Shown piece after piece: positions 50,757 through 59,541 of a stretch of DNA of 64,000 nucleotides (positions within the stretch are counted from its first letter, which is position 1; every line of letters begins with the position of its first letter). The notes beneath the pieces were generated by a model. That model was given only the letters and a program-made list of their open reading frames with translations, was not told where the DNA came from and did not search any database. Source of the DNA: a virus; the IMG/VR virus record IMGVR_UViG_3300026430_000265, positions 2,771 to 66,770 of that record; one strand, written 5' to 3'. A program made the position numbers and the translations under genes.

Positions 50757-51272
50757 CTATTGGTCTCCGAGAATCTCTTTTGGATGATCGAAGCGTATGG
50801 TGTACGCCTGTTCGTTGGACCACAGTACAGCTTCAAACTCAGGCTTACTACCTCTGGGCAGTCGCGTGATATTGCGGATGGTGAATTCGTCCAGCGCATG
50901 GAGCGAGCAGCGTTGTTTGCTGTGCTCATGCGTGACTTGGGTCACGGTGATACCGTGCATTACCGTCTTGCTTAGCATTCGTTGCATCAGTAGCAACCAC
51001 GGTACCAAGCGATGATGCTGGGCTACATACGTCTGGCGTCCATGCTCTGGACGGAAGATGTATTGATGTATCTCAGGCATATCGGCATAGTCGATAGACC
51101 CGAGCACGTGGTTGGCAACACGACCGAAGAAGGTTGCGTCTTCAGGCCACTGACGAACTTTAGCGATACCATCGTTCACGGATTTGACGGCAAAGACGGT
51201 GCCTGCCTTGAACGTGACTTCGTTGCCGCTGTCTGGCCAAGGTGTGCAGTCTTTCAAGCAAAGAATGAACAT
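50757..51272 (-). CDS. Hypothetical protein
   Basis: 171 aa; AGGAG RBS. Confidence 0.7.
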   Translation of the reverse strand: MFILCLKDCTPWPDSGNEVTFKAGTVFAVKSVNDGIAKVRQWPEDATFFGRVANHVLGSIDYADMPEIHQYIFRPEHGRQTYVAQHHRLVPWLLLMQRMLSKTVMHGITVTQVTHEHSKQRCSLHALDEFTIRNITRLPRGSKPEFEAVLWSNEQAYTIRFDHPKEILGDQ

Positions 51273-51281
51273 GGTTTCTCC

Positions 51282-51554
51282 TTACAATCCGCCTACGGAC
51301 TTGGGCACGTCGATGCGTGCTTCACCGCTGAACCCGTTGGCGATCAGCGACACGTGGTAGCAGTTGCGACCCGGAACGAAGCGGATGCTCGGCCGACCCG
51401 GCAGGCGATACTTACGCAGCGCTGCACGGATAGTCTTCTCCGCTTCTTCGGTACCGCAGTTAAGCAGGACGTCCTTCGACGCTGCCAGTACATCGTTGAG
51501 TTGCGAGCGCGTTGGGATGGGCTTCCGAAATGCCCGAAGCAAGGTACGCACCAT
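51282..51554 (-). CDS. Hypothetical protein
   Basis: 90 aa; AAGGA RBS. Confidence 0.65.
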   Translation of the reverse strand: MVRTLLRAFRKPIPTRSQLNDVLAASKDVLLNCGTEEAEKTIRAALRKYRLPGRPSIRFVPGRNCYHVSLIANGFSGEARIDVPKSVGGL

Positions 51555-51555
51555 T

Positions 51556-52110
51556 TCAGGTTTTCCTTAGTGTCTTGAGTTCAACCACTTCCGTTCTGAA
51601 CTCGCCAATGATCCCGTCCCAGTAGAGACGTTCGACTTGTTTGTGGTAGTAATAGCCGTACAGGTCACCAACGACAGCGCGTGCAAACAGCTTGTACACG
51701 CACAGGTCGAATGACTTGGCGGCAATGTTCAGGTGCTTTGTGGACGTGACGTAACGTTGCTTAACCACTTTCCCGCCTTCGAAGACAGGAACAGCGACAC
51801 GACACGCAGCACCAAAACGAAAGCCAACGACGCGGTAAGTGCCAGTGCCAACAGAATACATGATACCGAAAGTATCAGCATGTGCTCGCAGCGCCGATAG
51901 GATGGAGTCGTAATGCGGAACGTCATAACAGTGCTCAACGAATTGGGAAGTGGTGAGCGTCTCCTTCACCTGCTTCCCTGTGTCTTTGTTTTTCTTCCAG
52001 ATCAGGGCGTGCTTTGCGTCACGCTCACACCGAACTAGCTCGCCAGGTGTGAAATCCCCGATGGCTTTCCGAATGACGACGACTCGGTTGTGGAAGTCAG
52101 GTTGGCGCAT
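51556..52110 (-). CDS. Hypothetical protein
   Basis: 184 aa; GAGGT RBS. Confidence 0.7.
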   Translation of the reverse strand: MRQPDFHNRVVVIRKAIGDFTPGELVRCERDAKHALIWKKNKDTGKQVKETLTTSQFVEHCYDVPHYDSILSALRAHADTFGIMYSVGTGTYRVVGFRFGAACRVAVPVFEGGKVVKQRYVTSTKHLNIAAKSFDLCVYKLFARAVVGDLYGYYYHKQVERLYWDGIIGEFRTEVVELKTLRKT

Positions 52111-52601
52111 ACATCTACCTCATTGAGTTGCTCGCACAAGGCATCCAGCTCAATCTCAAGGTGAGCAATGTCTGGATCGGCCCGTCGCGGGTTCTCCGCC
52201 AGCCTGTAGTAGGCGAAGTCGATTTCGTGTAGGTCAAACCGTTGGCGCGTATACTCCAGCTCGCTGACCTCCGAATTGTGCTTGTGCTCAGCGACAATCA
52301 CCACAACGTTCTTCGCGGTCATCAAGGCGTCATGCAGCAACGCCTGATCGAAGTGGCTGTGGACAATGATCGCAGTCTCCATAGCGCCGACCGTTTCCAG
52401 ACTGGCTACGTTGAGCGCACCTCCCTCCATTGGCCGCAGCTTCTTCACGAGGGCGATATACGTCTCGCGCATGTGGGCGTCGGTGATAAGCAGGGTTGCA
52501 TTGTTGTCCAGCAGGTGGTCAGCCACAAACTGCACGGCAGCATCTGCGAAGGACGGTTCAGGTTCAGCGAGCAGCGATTTAATACGCGCCAACAGGTTCA
52601 T
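52035..52601 (-). CDS. Hypothetical protein
   Basis: AAGGAG RBS before ATG 52601; 3' end overlaps the next gene by 76 nt. Confidence 0.6.
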   Translation of the reverse strand: MNLLARIKSLLAEPEPSFADAAVQFVADHLLDNNATLLITDAHMRETYIALVKKLRPMEGGALNVASLETVGAMETAIIVHSHFDQALLHDALMTAKNVVVIVAEHKHNSEVSELEYTRQRFDLHEIDFAYYRLAENPRRADPDIAHLEIELDALCEQLNEVDVCANLTSTTESSSFGKPSGISHLAS

Positions 52602-53176
52602 ACAGTCTCCTTGATTCGTACCTTGTGCCCATCTGGCGCCCATACTTCTTGAGCGTCCATATAGACCTTGATTTCTTCAAAGGTAAACAGCTTATGCTGT
52701 GGGTGGTTGTCGATGCCAACGTCGAGTCGCTTCCCGCGTTGAGGCATTGATCCATGACAGTGGCCGTGCAGATGCCACGAGCCGTAATGGCTATTGCGCC
52801 AGACTTCCCACGGGTAGTGGCACATGGCAATGTCTTTGCCGTGCACCTTGATCCACTTACTGTCGGTGATGCTGCGCACGCGACTCAGGTTGCGCTTGCG
52901 TAGCTCACTCCACAGTTCGATGTGGTCGTGGTTACCCAGAATGAAAATCTTGTTGCCGTTAAGCGCTTCAACCAGATGCTCAAGGCGATCAACTTCACGC
53001 GCTTTGAGGAACGAGAAGTCACCGCCGTGGTAGACGGTATCGCCCGGGCGAACTTGCGAGTTCCAAATGTCGATCAAGCGCTCGGTGTTTTCAGCATTCG
53101 TCCATGGGCGTGGGTTGTAGGTGCAGATGTGCTCATGGTAGAAGTGCAGGTCCGAGGTGAACAGGGTCTCGCTCAT
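52598..53176 (-). CDS. Calcineurin-like metallophosphoesterase
   Basis: FTSDLHF-x-H, YHGGDF, ILGNHD, CHYP, HLHGHCHG motifs; AAGGA RBS. Confidence 0.9.
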   Translation of the reverse strand: MSETLFTSDLHFYHEHICTYNPRPWTNAENTERLIDIWNSQVRPGDTVYHGGDFSFLKAREVDRLEHLVEALNGNKIFILGNHDHIELWSELRKRNLSRVRSITDSKWIKVHGKDIAMCHYPWEVWRNSHYGSWHLHGHCHGSMPQRGKRLDVGIDNHPQHKLFTFEEIKVYMDAQEVWAPDGHKVRIKETV

Positions 53177-53190
53177 GTTCGTAGTCCTTT

Positions 53191-53589
53191 CTATCGAGGC
53201 CCGTAGTCGTAAACTTTCAGGCACCCGTGTTTATCGTAACCGACTTGCATACAGTCCACACTGTCTGTCCACTTGGGTAGCACTTCGGGTCTCGGTACGT
53301 CAGCGTAGATGCGCTGCAACCGTTCCTGCATAACGCAGATGAACCCGTCTACTACCAAGCGTTTCCCACGCGCTTTCGTTGGACCCTGACAGCTACCCTC
53401 CCAGCAGTTGTCAGTTTCACCAGCGAGGTTGCGCGGGAACTTGAAGACGATGCGGTCATTGGCAAACACAAGGCGATTGCGACCGAAGTCAAACGGTTGG
53501 CCGTACTTGGCAATCAAGCGTTCAATCACCTTGTCGGCCTTTGCGCGTGCTTCCGGTGCATCGAGGAATGTGTCGAGTTCGGTAATCAT
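53191..53589 (-). CDS. Hypothetical protein, minimal protein-kinase-like fold
   Basis: G-R-N-R-x-V-F..V-x-K-x-P..G..N..E N-lobe-like pattern and a C-terminal QVGY..G..YDYG. Confidence 0.4.
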   Translation of the reverse strand: MITELDTFLDAPEARAKADKVIERLIAKYGQPFDFGRNRLVFANDRIVFKFPRNLAGETDNCWEGSCQGPTKARGKRLVVDGFICVMQERLQRIYADVPRPEVLPKWTDSVDCMQVGYDKHGCLKVYDYGPR

Positions 53590-53603
53590 GCTCTCACCTT
53601 GCG

Positions 53604-53632
53604 TTTACACTTTAACTGCAATCAGTAGTCAA
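53604..53632 (-). promoter_or_regulatory. Conserved 17-bp element (copy B, 53613-53629) inside a sigma70-like promoter frame
   Basis: Plus strand TAACTGCAATCAGTAGT, 16/17 identical to 60651-60667; minus strand TTGACT-N17-TGTAAA. Confidence 0.6.
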
Positions 53633-53853
53633 GCCGGGCGATACGGCTTCGGCATTTCAGCCCAGGCGATTGGATTAACGCGAACAATGCGTCCGTCGTG
53701 TTGCTGGAAGAAGCCTTCTTTTTGAGTTCCGATAGCGTTCGCCCAGACAGCGCTGGTACATTCCTCGCTGTCTTCGTCCATGGTAACGATGTACGGTCCG
53801 GACTCGGTGGGTTTGTGCTTGCGTGTGCGCTTCCATTTGACTTTGGTAGTCAT
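53629..53853 (-). CDS. Small hypothetical protein (DUF551-like)
   Basis: 74 aa; W..KP-x-ESG-x-Y-I-V..W..F..PIAWAEMPKP pattern. Confidence 0.6.
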   Translation of the reverse strand: MTTKVKWKRTRKHKPTESGPYIVTMDEDSEECTSAVWANAIGTQKEGFFQQHDGRIVRVNPIAWAEMPKPYRPA

Positions 53854-54368
53854 CAGATCAGTTCCGGAATCAAGTGACGGGGAACGTGTTTGTACAGGTC
53901 TTGCAGCGGCACCTCAACCGTCATCGACGGCGAGTAGTTCTTGGCGCCTTCAAAGTACGGGACGCATACGGCAGTGGGTTCGCGTGTCGGGTCCTCTTTT
54001 ACTTCGTCTGCAAGGCAGATCACGTACACGGTGCTCATGGCAGGCAGCCAGTTGGCTTCACCCTGCGTACCGTACTGCACTTGCTTGGCAAGATACGCGA
54101 AGCTGCCTTCACCAACGCCGGCAAGGATCAGCTTGCGCAACTTCGGGTGACGGCGACGTGACATTGCAGCGCGCAGAATCGCAGCCTTGGCACGGTACTC
54201 TTTCGCTGCGATACCCAGTGCCGTAAACAGCACGGTGAAGAACAGGAACTGCCAGATCAAGTTCGGACTGTTCAACAACGTCCACAGGTCGACGATGCGT
54301 GGGTGCTCTCCGCTAGCGCATACGATGGCATAGGCAAGTGCGGCGGACAGGAGAGTAATGAGCATCAT
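53853..54368 (-). CDS. Hypothetical membrane protein
   Basis: 171 aa; two hydrophobic N-terminal helices. Confidence 0.7.
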   Translation of the reverse strand: MMLITLLSAALAYAIVCASGEHPRIVDLWTLLNSPNLIWQFLFFTVLFTALGIAAKEYRAKAAILRAAMSRRRHPKLRKLILAGVGEGSFAYLAKQVQYGTQGEANWLPAMSTVYVICLADEVKEDPTREPTAVCVPYFEGAKNYSPSMTVEVPLQDLYKHVPRHLIPELI

Positions 54369-54967
54369 GCTTGGGTTCCTTGTGCTAACGATTTAATGAA
54401 TTGCGCGAGGTACGTTGGGTAGCTGTCGCGCCAGCATAGGTCTTGTACGTCTGGAATTCGAGGAGGTCCGAAGTCACAGTGTCCGACAGTACCTACACTC
54501 GGCCAAGGTGAGGCGTGAACCAGCACAGAAGACTCCGTACTTTTACCACCTACGTAGTTGAGCTCCATGTGCCCACCGTAACCGCAATAACCGCGCGCAT
54601 CGTGGATAGGGTAGCTCGTATGCTTCCCGTCACCGACGTAGAACAGGATGCGCTCTGGGTTATCGCCCATGTAGCTGCTGTCGTGCACCACACATGGAAG
54701 CCCAAAGACACGGCGCGCTTGCTTCTTGGACTCGATACGCTTAGCCCGATTCTGAGGCCCGTACGGCAGTTCAAAGACAACAGGCATGCCAGCAATACGC
54801 GGCGCACTCTTGTCGATTGCTACCACGCGGCCTGCTTCGATACGTTCGCCAGCGGCAGCCAGAAAGAACTGCCTGGCATTGTTTGCGTGCCGCTCATAGT
54901 TTTGCAGGATCGCTATGGCTTCCTGATCAATCGGATTATCCAGCATTTCGCCAATGCTTTTACCCAT
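54365..54967 (-). CDS. Hypothetical protein
   Basis: 200 aa; GGAG RBS. Confidence 0.7.
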   Translation of the reverse strand: MGKSIGEMLDNPIDQEAIAILQNYERHANNARQFFLAAAGERIEAGRVVAIDKSAPRIAGMPVVFELPYGPQNRAKRIESKKQARRVFGLPCVVHDSSYMGDNPERILFYVGDGKHTSYPIHDARGYCGYGGHMELNYVGGKSTESSVLVHASPWPSVGTVGHCDFGPPRIPDVQDLCWRDSYPTYLAQFIKSLAQGTQA

Positions 54968-54968
54968 G

Positions 54969-55538
54969 TTAGTTCTCCATTCGGGAGTAACGATCTTCGA
55001 CGACAGGCACCATGCTGTTCAAGATGCCGTCGAGTGTGGTTGCAGTCGGGCGCAACGTGTGTCCGTTCTGGCGGAACGTGCGTGCGCTCACTGGCAGCGT
55101 TTCTTCCAGTAGCTGTCTGCCTTGCGTCGCTGTCCAGATGAACGCCTCTTCGCCTTTGTCGATGCAAAACAACATCGCTTTGGGTGCAGCAGGGCTCACT
55201 GGTACGCGCAGCTTAGGCGGCTGCTCACTCCATCGCTCCAACATATCCAGCAGTTGGCTTTCCTGTTCTTCACGAATCAGGTAGTGGATGGTGACTCGCT
55301 TGTTCTTCTGTTCCTCGGTCGCATTGCGTAGGAGCTCCCCAGTCCGCAGCGTGATGCTACCAAAGGTCTTGCAAGCCCGATCGTTGATGAAGCGCAGTAG
55401 CGCGTCGGGTATCGCCCCGTCACTAAACTCCGGCAGGCCAGTGTGCGATATGTGTAGGACGCGCAGCAGGGACTTCAACTTACCTTCCTGTTTCCAGGTG
55501 GTCTTCGATGGGACAGTTGCATGTTGGATTAGTTTCAT
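54969..55538 (-). CDS. Hypothetical protein
   Basis: GGAG RBS before ATG 55538; 189 aa. Confidence 0.7.
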   Translation of the reverse strand: MKLIQHATVPSKTTWKQEGKLKSLLRVLHISHTGLPEFSDGAIPDALLRFINDRACKTFGSITLRTGELLRNATEEQKNKRVTIHYLIREEQESQLLDMLERWSEQPPKLRVPVSPAAPKAMLFCIDKGEEAFIWTATQGRQLLEETLPVSARTFRQNGHTLRPTATTLDGILNSMVPVVEDRYSRMEN

Positions 55539-55559
55539 GTTCGATACTCCAGTGTTGGC

Positions 55560-55575
55560 ACTCAATAAATTGAGT
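55560..55575. promoter_or_regulatory. AT-rich 16-bp palindrome in an intergenic gap
   Basis: ACTCAAT-AA-ATTGAGT with perfect 7-bp arms. Confidence 0.4.
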
Positions 55576-56132
55576 TATGCCAGAACACCCGTCCACGGCA
55601 CAGTTGCCTTCTCCGTGAGACTTTTGAGCGTTGCACCTTCCTGGCGCAGCTTGTCGATCTGGTCGCTGGACAGTTTGGGAATCGTCACTTCTTCCGGCAA
55701 CGGCAGCCCGGCCATTTCACAGCGATCTTTCAGCGCCAGCAAGTACGCTGTGTGGTAGCCGTGCTTGAGGATGCTGTGGGCCTTCTGCTTGCGCTTCGAT
55801 TTACCTGTCTCGTCGGTGTAGTTGAGCACACCCATGACGTCGGCGTAGAAGCGGTCGCCCTTGTAGCCGATTGCGACAAACACGCCAGTGTCTGCCTTGC
55901 TGTTACCGTGGCGCTTACGCGGGCGACGCACACCATAGTCGCTGCTGGTAATGCCAAACTCACGTTCACGCGAGTTACGCCAGGTCTTCGCCTTCTTGAG
56001 TGCGGCCTCTCGGTCATCACCCATCGGGAACCACTGGTTGATTGTCTGTGGCGAGTAGAAACGAACTTGGAATCCGCCACTAGCGCCTTGCTTCACTTCG
56101 GTGATGCGACGCATTTCACTGTTGGTGTTCAT
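55575..56132 (-). CDS. AP2-like DNA-binding domain protein
   Basis: Two AP2-type units: GFQVRF..WF..AL-x2-A-x2-WR and N-x3-TGV..Y..KRKQKAHSI-x-KHG..A..LA..R; GGAGG RBS. Confidence 0.55.
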   Translation of the reverse strand: MNTNSEMRRITEVKQGASGGFQVRFYSPQTINQWFPMGDDREAALKKAKTWRNSREREFGITSSDYGVRRPRKRHGNSKADTGVFVAIGYKGDRFYADVMGVLNYTDETGKSKRKQKAHSILKHGYHTAYLLALKDRCEMAGLPLPEEVTIPKLSSDQIDKLRQEGATLKSLTEKATVPWTGVLA

Positions 56133-56147
56133 ACTTCCTCCGCGTCC

Positions 56148-56993
56148 TCAAGAGGACGGTTGTTGCCGCAGGCCGATCGCATAACCCATCGGTCCGGTGT
56201 ACGCTGGTAGATGGTCGATGAAAGTGTTGAAGAACAGGCGCATCTTGCGATCATCCTCGGGATGCGGAATCACTGTGCGCACTTGCCCATCTTCGAGCTT
56301 ATACGCTGCGATCAAGCCCTTGCGCCAGTCAGGATGCAGCATCAGGTCTTTTGGACCCGCGATTTCCATCGGGTACGGCAAGTCGACCGTCAGGAGCTTG
56401 TACAGCACACCGTCGAAGCCCAGAATGTTGACGCACTCGACAAACGCTTCGAGGTGTGCTTCACGCCTGAAGTCGCACAGGCGCTGAGACAGATCAGTGC
56501 GGTGCGGATACATCAGGACGTGCTTGAGCTTTGCAACTTTCGTAGGATCAAACTTGACTGGCGGGTCGGCGTCTACGATTTCCTTCACCACCTCAGGAAA
56601 CGATTCAGGCGTGAGCCCGAGCGGACCCTGATACACGCGCATCGAATCGGTGATCGCCAGAATGTGCAACTGCAGGTTCTTGTGGTGCTGCTCCATGATC
56701 GTTTTGGTAATCATGCAGTAGCCAGCGAGCGTGTCGAGTTCGATGATGCCCACAGCAAGTTGCCGCCAACGCTCAGGCAGCATCGGTGCCAGCAGGTTGT
56801 TGTGCGGTGTGTCGAGGCGCTTGCGCTCAACCACCACGACTTGCAACTCAACACCTTCGAAGCGGATTTCGTACACGCACTCTTTGAATGCCGCCAAGTG
56901 TTCGTCTTGGTGCATCGACTTCAGGAGCGCAGCCAGATCGTACTCGCGCTTGAAGATCAGTGCGTACTTGGCCTTTACTTGGTTAGCTTTCAT
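56148..56993 (-). CDS. Hypothetical protein built from two tandem ~140-aa repeats
   Basis: GGAGG RBS and ATGA overlap at 56993; HL-x-AF-x-ECV..F-x-GV..WR..Y-x-GP-x-G occurs twice. Confidence 0.75.
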   Translation of the reverse strand: MKANQVKAKYALIFKREYDLAALLKSMHQDEHLAAFKECVYEIRFEGVELQVVVVERKRLDTPHNNLLAPMLPERWRQLAVGIIELDTLAGYCMITKTIMEQHHKNLQLHILAITDSMRVYQGPLGLTPESFPEVVKEIVDADPPVKFDPTKVAKLKHVLMYPHRTDLSQRLCDFRREAHLEAFVECVNILGFDGVLYKLLTVDLPYPMEIAGPKDLMLHPDWRKGLIAAYKLEDGQVRTVIPHPEDDRKMRLFFNTFIDHLPAYTGPMGYAIGLRQQPSS

Positions 56994-57340
56994 TTGGTCA
57001 ACCTCCACTTGGTCTCGACAGTGACTTTGGACTGAACGAGGTCGAGCACTTCACCCACTGGCTTGTGATGGCTCAGGTCCAGTGTGTCGAAGCTGTGCGG
57101 CGTGCGACTGCCATCGCCGTGCACCGTGAATGCCAGCGACGATGAAGTAACCAGACCGAGTGACAACGGCAGATGCGATTCGCTCACGCCGATAGCCACA
57201 AACTTCTTCACCCGATCACCGTCTTGGTACTCAATGTCCACGAGGTCTTCTTGAATCAGGGAAATTTCTGCAATGCGCTTGCACTGCTTAGCCAGATGCC
57301 GAGCGAGAACTTCACGGCTTTGGAACATCAGGATCAGCAT
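56990..57340 (-). CDS. Hypothetical protein
   Basis: 116-aa ORF in operon packing. Confidence 0.7.
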   Translation of the reverse strand: MLILMFQSREVLARHLAKQCKRIAEISLIQEDLVDIEYQDGDRVKKFVAIGVSESHLPLSLGLVTSSSLAFTVHGDGSRTPHSFDTLDLSHHKPVGEVLDLVQSKVTVETKWRLTK

Positions 57341-57343
57341 AGG

Positions 57344-58195
57344 TTACTTCCAGTCGAGGTGCGATTCAGTGTAGTTGAGGACGACGTGCTTGGTGATCGC
57401 GCTGTACGCTCGCTGGCACAGGTGCATATCACGATTGCGCTCACCCGGCAGCGGGAACTCTTTCTGCCTGCGCGTCAGGAAGTCGAGGAAGTCACGCATG
57501 ATTGCCGTGTGGTGGTGCACTTCCACATCGTTGTAATCCATGACCTCTGGCCACATGCGCTTGTACCCAGCAGCCAAGTCGAGGTCGATCAGGCCTTGGT
57601 AATCGCGCACCTTGTAGCTCTTGTCCTGCATCACCGCTTCGCACAACATGGTGAAGCGCAGGGCCAACATCAGCGCACGCTTGGTCGGCGGGTTGTCACG
57701 CACTTCTGGGTCACGCGAACTGCGCTCTGGCCACAGATTGTTGAACGCCATTTCAGCGTAGCGTCGTGCCATCAGCGAACGGTTCTGGTACGCTTCGACC
57801 ATAGGGTAGACGCAACTGTGCATCATTTCCGATTGCGCCATGACGCCCGGGCTGTACACCATGTCGTAGAACACGGGATCGCTACGGGTCAGCAACTGGA
57901 GAGCCTTGCGCAGTTCAAACGACTGTAGGTCAATGCTCACTGGCACGTCATCGCCAGCAGTACCAAGGATGCGGATTGTTTGCGTGCTGCGCAGCGTGTC
58001 TGTGGATTCTTCCACATTGCGTGCCCACGGCAGTTTGACGTGGATGCACTTCAGGTCAATGTCAGAATCTTCGGTGCTCGAACCCCAGCTACGGCTGCCG
58101 GCGTCCGCGACGTGGATAAACACTATGCCATGCTCTTTGGCAATCTGCGCCAGATGGATTTTGACGACTTCACGGTACTGCATGGCTTTACTCAT
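57344..58195 (-). CDS. Pol-beta-superfamily nucleotidyltransferase (RlaP/YcgL-like)
   Basis: AGSRSWG-x-ST-x-DSD-x-D-x-K-x-I-H-V, D-x3-FELRKAL-x-LL-x2-S-x-P motifs. Confidence 0.85.
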   Translation of the reverse strand: MSKAMQYREVVKIHLAQIAKEHGIVFIHVADAGSRSWGSSTEDSDIDLKCIHVKLPWARNVEESTDTLRSTQTIRILGTAGDDVPVSIDLQSFELRKALQLLTRSDPVFYDMVYSPGVMAQSEMMHSCVYPMVEAYQNRSLMARRYAEMAFNNLWPERSSRDPEVRDNPPTKRALMLALRFTMLCEAVMQDKSYKVRDYQGLIDLDLAAGYKRMWPEVMDYNDVEVHHHTAIMRDFLDFLTRRQKEFPLPGERNRDMHLCQRAYSAITKHVVLNYTESHLDWK

Positions 58196-59475
58196 TCGGC
58201 TTCTTCCTTCTTGCAAGTGATACCTTTGCCTTCAAGGTATTCGGTAATTGCGGCTGTGCGGCAGGTGCGCGTGATCGCTTGAATCTTGCGCGTTTTCTGC
58301 CCTTGCGGATCAGGCTCTGTGGCGAGTTGATCTATCGCAGGTCGCACTTCTTCCAACCAACGCGCTTCCAACAACTCGACCAGCTCAGCTACGTTGATCT
58401 GGTGACCTTGCTTGGCGACACCGTACCACGAGTCGAACAGTTCACACTCGTTGGCTTCAAGTTGCGCACGGATGTTCGACGCTAGGCGTTCAAACTTCTC
58501 ACGGCCGTACTCGTCCACGTTCTGGTAGGTGTTGCGCACCAGGTCGATGAAGAACAACATGGCATTGTGGCGCCATTGCTGCGACGGCTCTTCCATGTAG
58601 GATTCGAGGGCCTTGGGCATCACGACGCTAAAGCAGCCGATGCTTGCCAGTTCGCTCTGCTCTTTGTGATCCCAGAACATGCGTCCGATACCATCGAGGC
58701 TTTCACGGTGCATGTCCATCACCTGCATCAGTTCGGCGATGCTGGTTTCAATACTATCGAAGTGACCACGAACACCTTCGATAACGCGACGACGTGCTGC
58801 CGACTCGATGCTATGTAGGCCCTTGTGGCGCATCAGACGAGCGACACGACCACGCACCTCTGTCTCGATCCAGTCGTCCAGATCGTCTGGGCTCATATCA
58901 ATGCCGTTGGCGCTGATCGTCACCTTGATGTTGCGCACGTCATACCCAGGCGCTTTGGTCAGGGCGAGGATGCGCTCACGCGGCGACAGTGCAATGAGTC
59001 GCGCCGTCGGGCTGGTGTGGTGATTCTTGTGGAAGTCGTAGCTGTGCGCTTCCGGCTCCACTTTTGCGATGTTCTCGGCAATGGCGTACACACGCATGGT
59101 GTTGGGCGAGCACGGTATGCCGACGTACTTCACGCCTTCGAGTTCAAACGACTCTGGCCAGTCTACATCTTCACCCGCCTGCATACCGAGTACAAGGTTG
59201 CCGACACTGTCGGTACCCATGGTGTACGTTCCCTTTGGGAGGCCGCCTTTGAGGGCTCGACGTTCTGCCTTGCGCTCACTTGGCATCGAGGGCAGATCAC
59301 GCATCCGCACGTAGATGCGCGTGGTGTCGTTCGCATCTTCGGCCAGCGCTTTGAACTTACCATCACCGTGGCTAACAACGTCAGGCCACGCAGTCATCGC
59401 GTTGGTGAGAATCAGGTTGCCCTCTGGCGTGAAGCCTTCGAGCGTGATGCCTTTCGGGAGGCTAGTCTTGTCCAT
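58192..59475 (-). CDS. Hypothetical protein with a duplicated N-terminal module
   Basis: AAGGAG RBS before ATG 59475; 427 aa; LPKG..GNL-x-L..WP..G-x-K..T-x-R-x-Y occurs twice. Confidence 0.75.
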   Translation of the reverse strand: MDKTSLPKGITLEGFTPEGNLILTNAMTAWPDVVSHGDGKFKALAEDANDTTRIYVRMRDLPSMPSERKAERRALKGGLPKGTYTMGTDSVGNLVLGMQAGEDVDWPESFELEGVKYVGIPCSPNTMRVYAIAENIAKVEPEAHSYDFHKNHHTSPTARLIALSPRERILALTKAPGYDVRNIKVTISANGIDMSPDDLDDWIETEVRGRVARLMRHKGLHSIESAARRRVIEGVRGHFDSIETSIAELMQVMDMHRESLDGIGRMFWDHKEQSELASIGCFSVVMPKALESYMEEPSQQWRHNAMLFFIDLVRNTYQNVDEYGREKFERLASNIRAQLEANECELFDSWYGVAKQGHQINVAELVELLEARWLEEVRPAIDQLATEPDPQGQKTRKIQAITRTCRTAAITEYLEGKGITCKKEEAE

Positions 59476-59541
59476 GTGTTGCTCCTTGAGTGAGTCCAGC
59501 TCAACTGTGCGCTCCGCAGAACGCACAGGCAAACTTATCTC

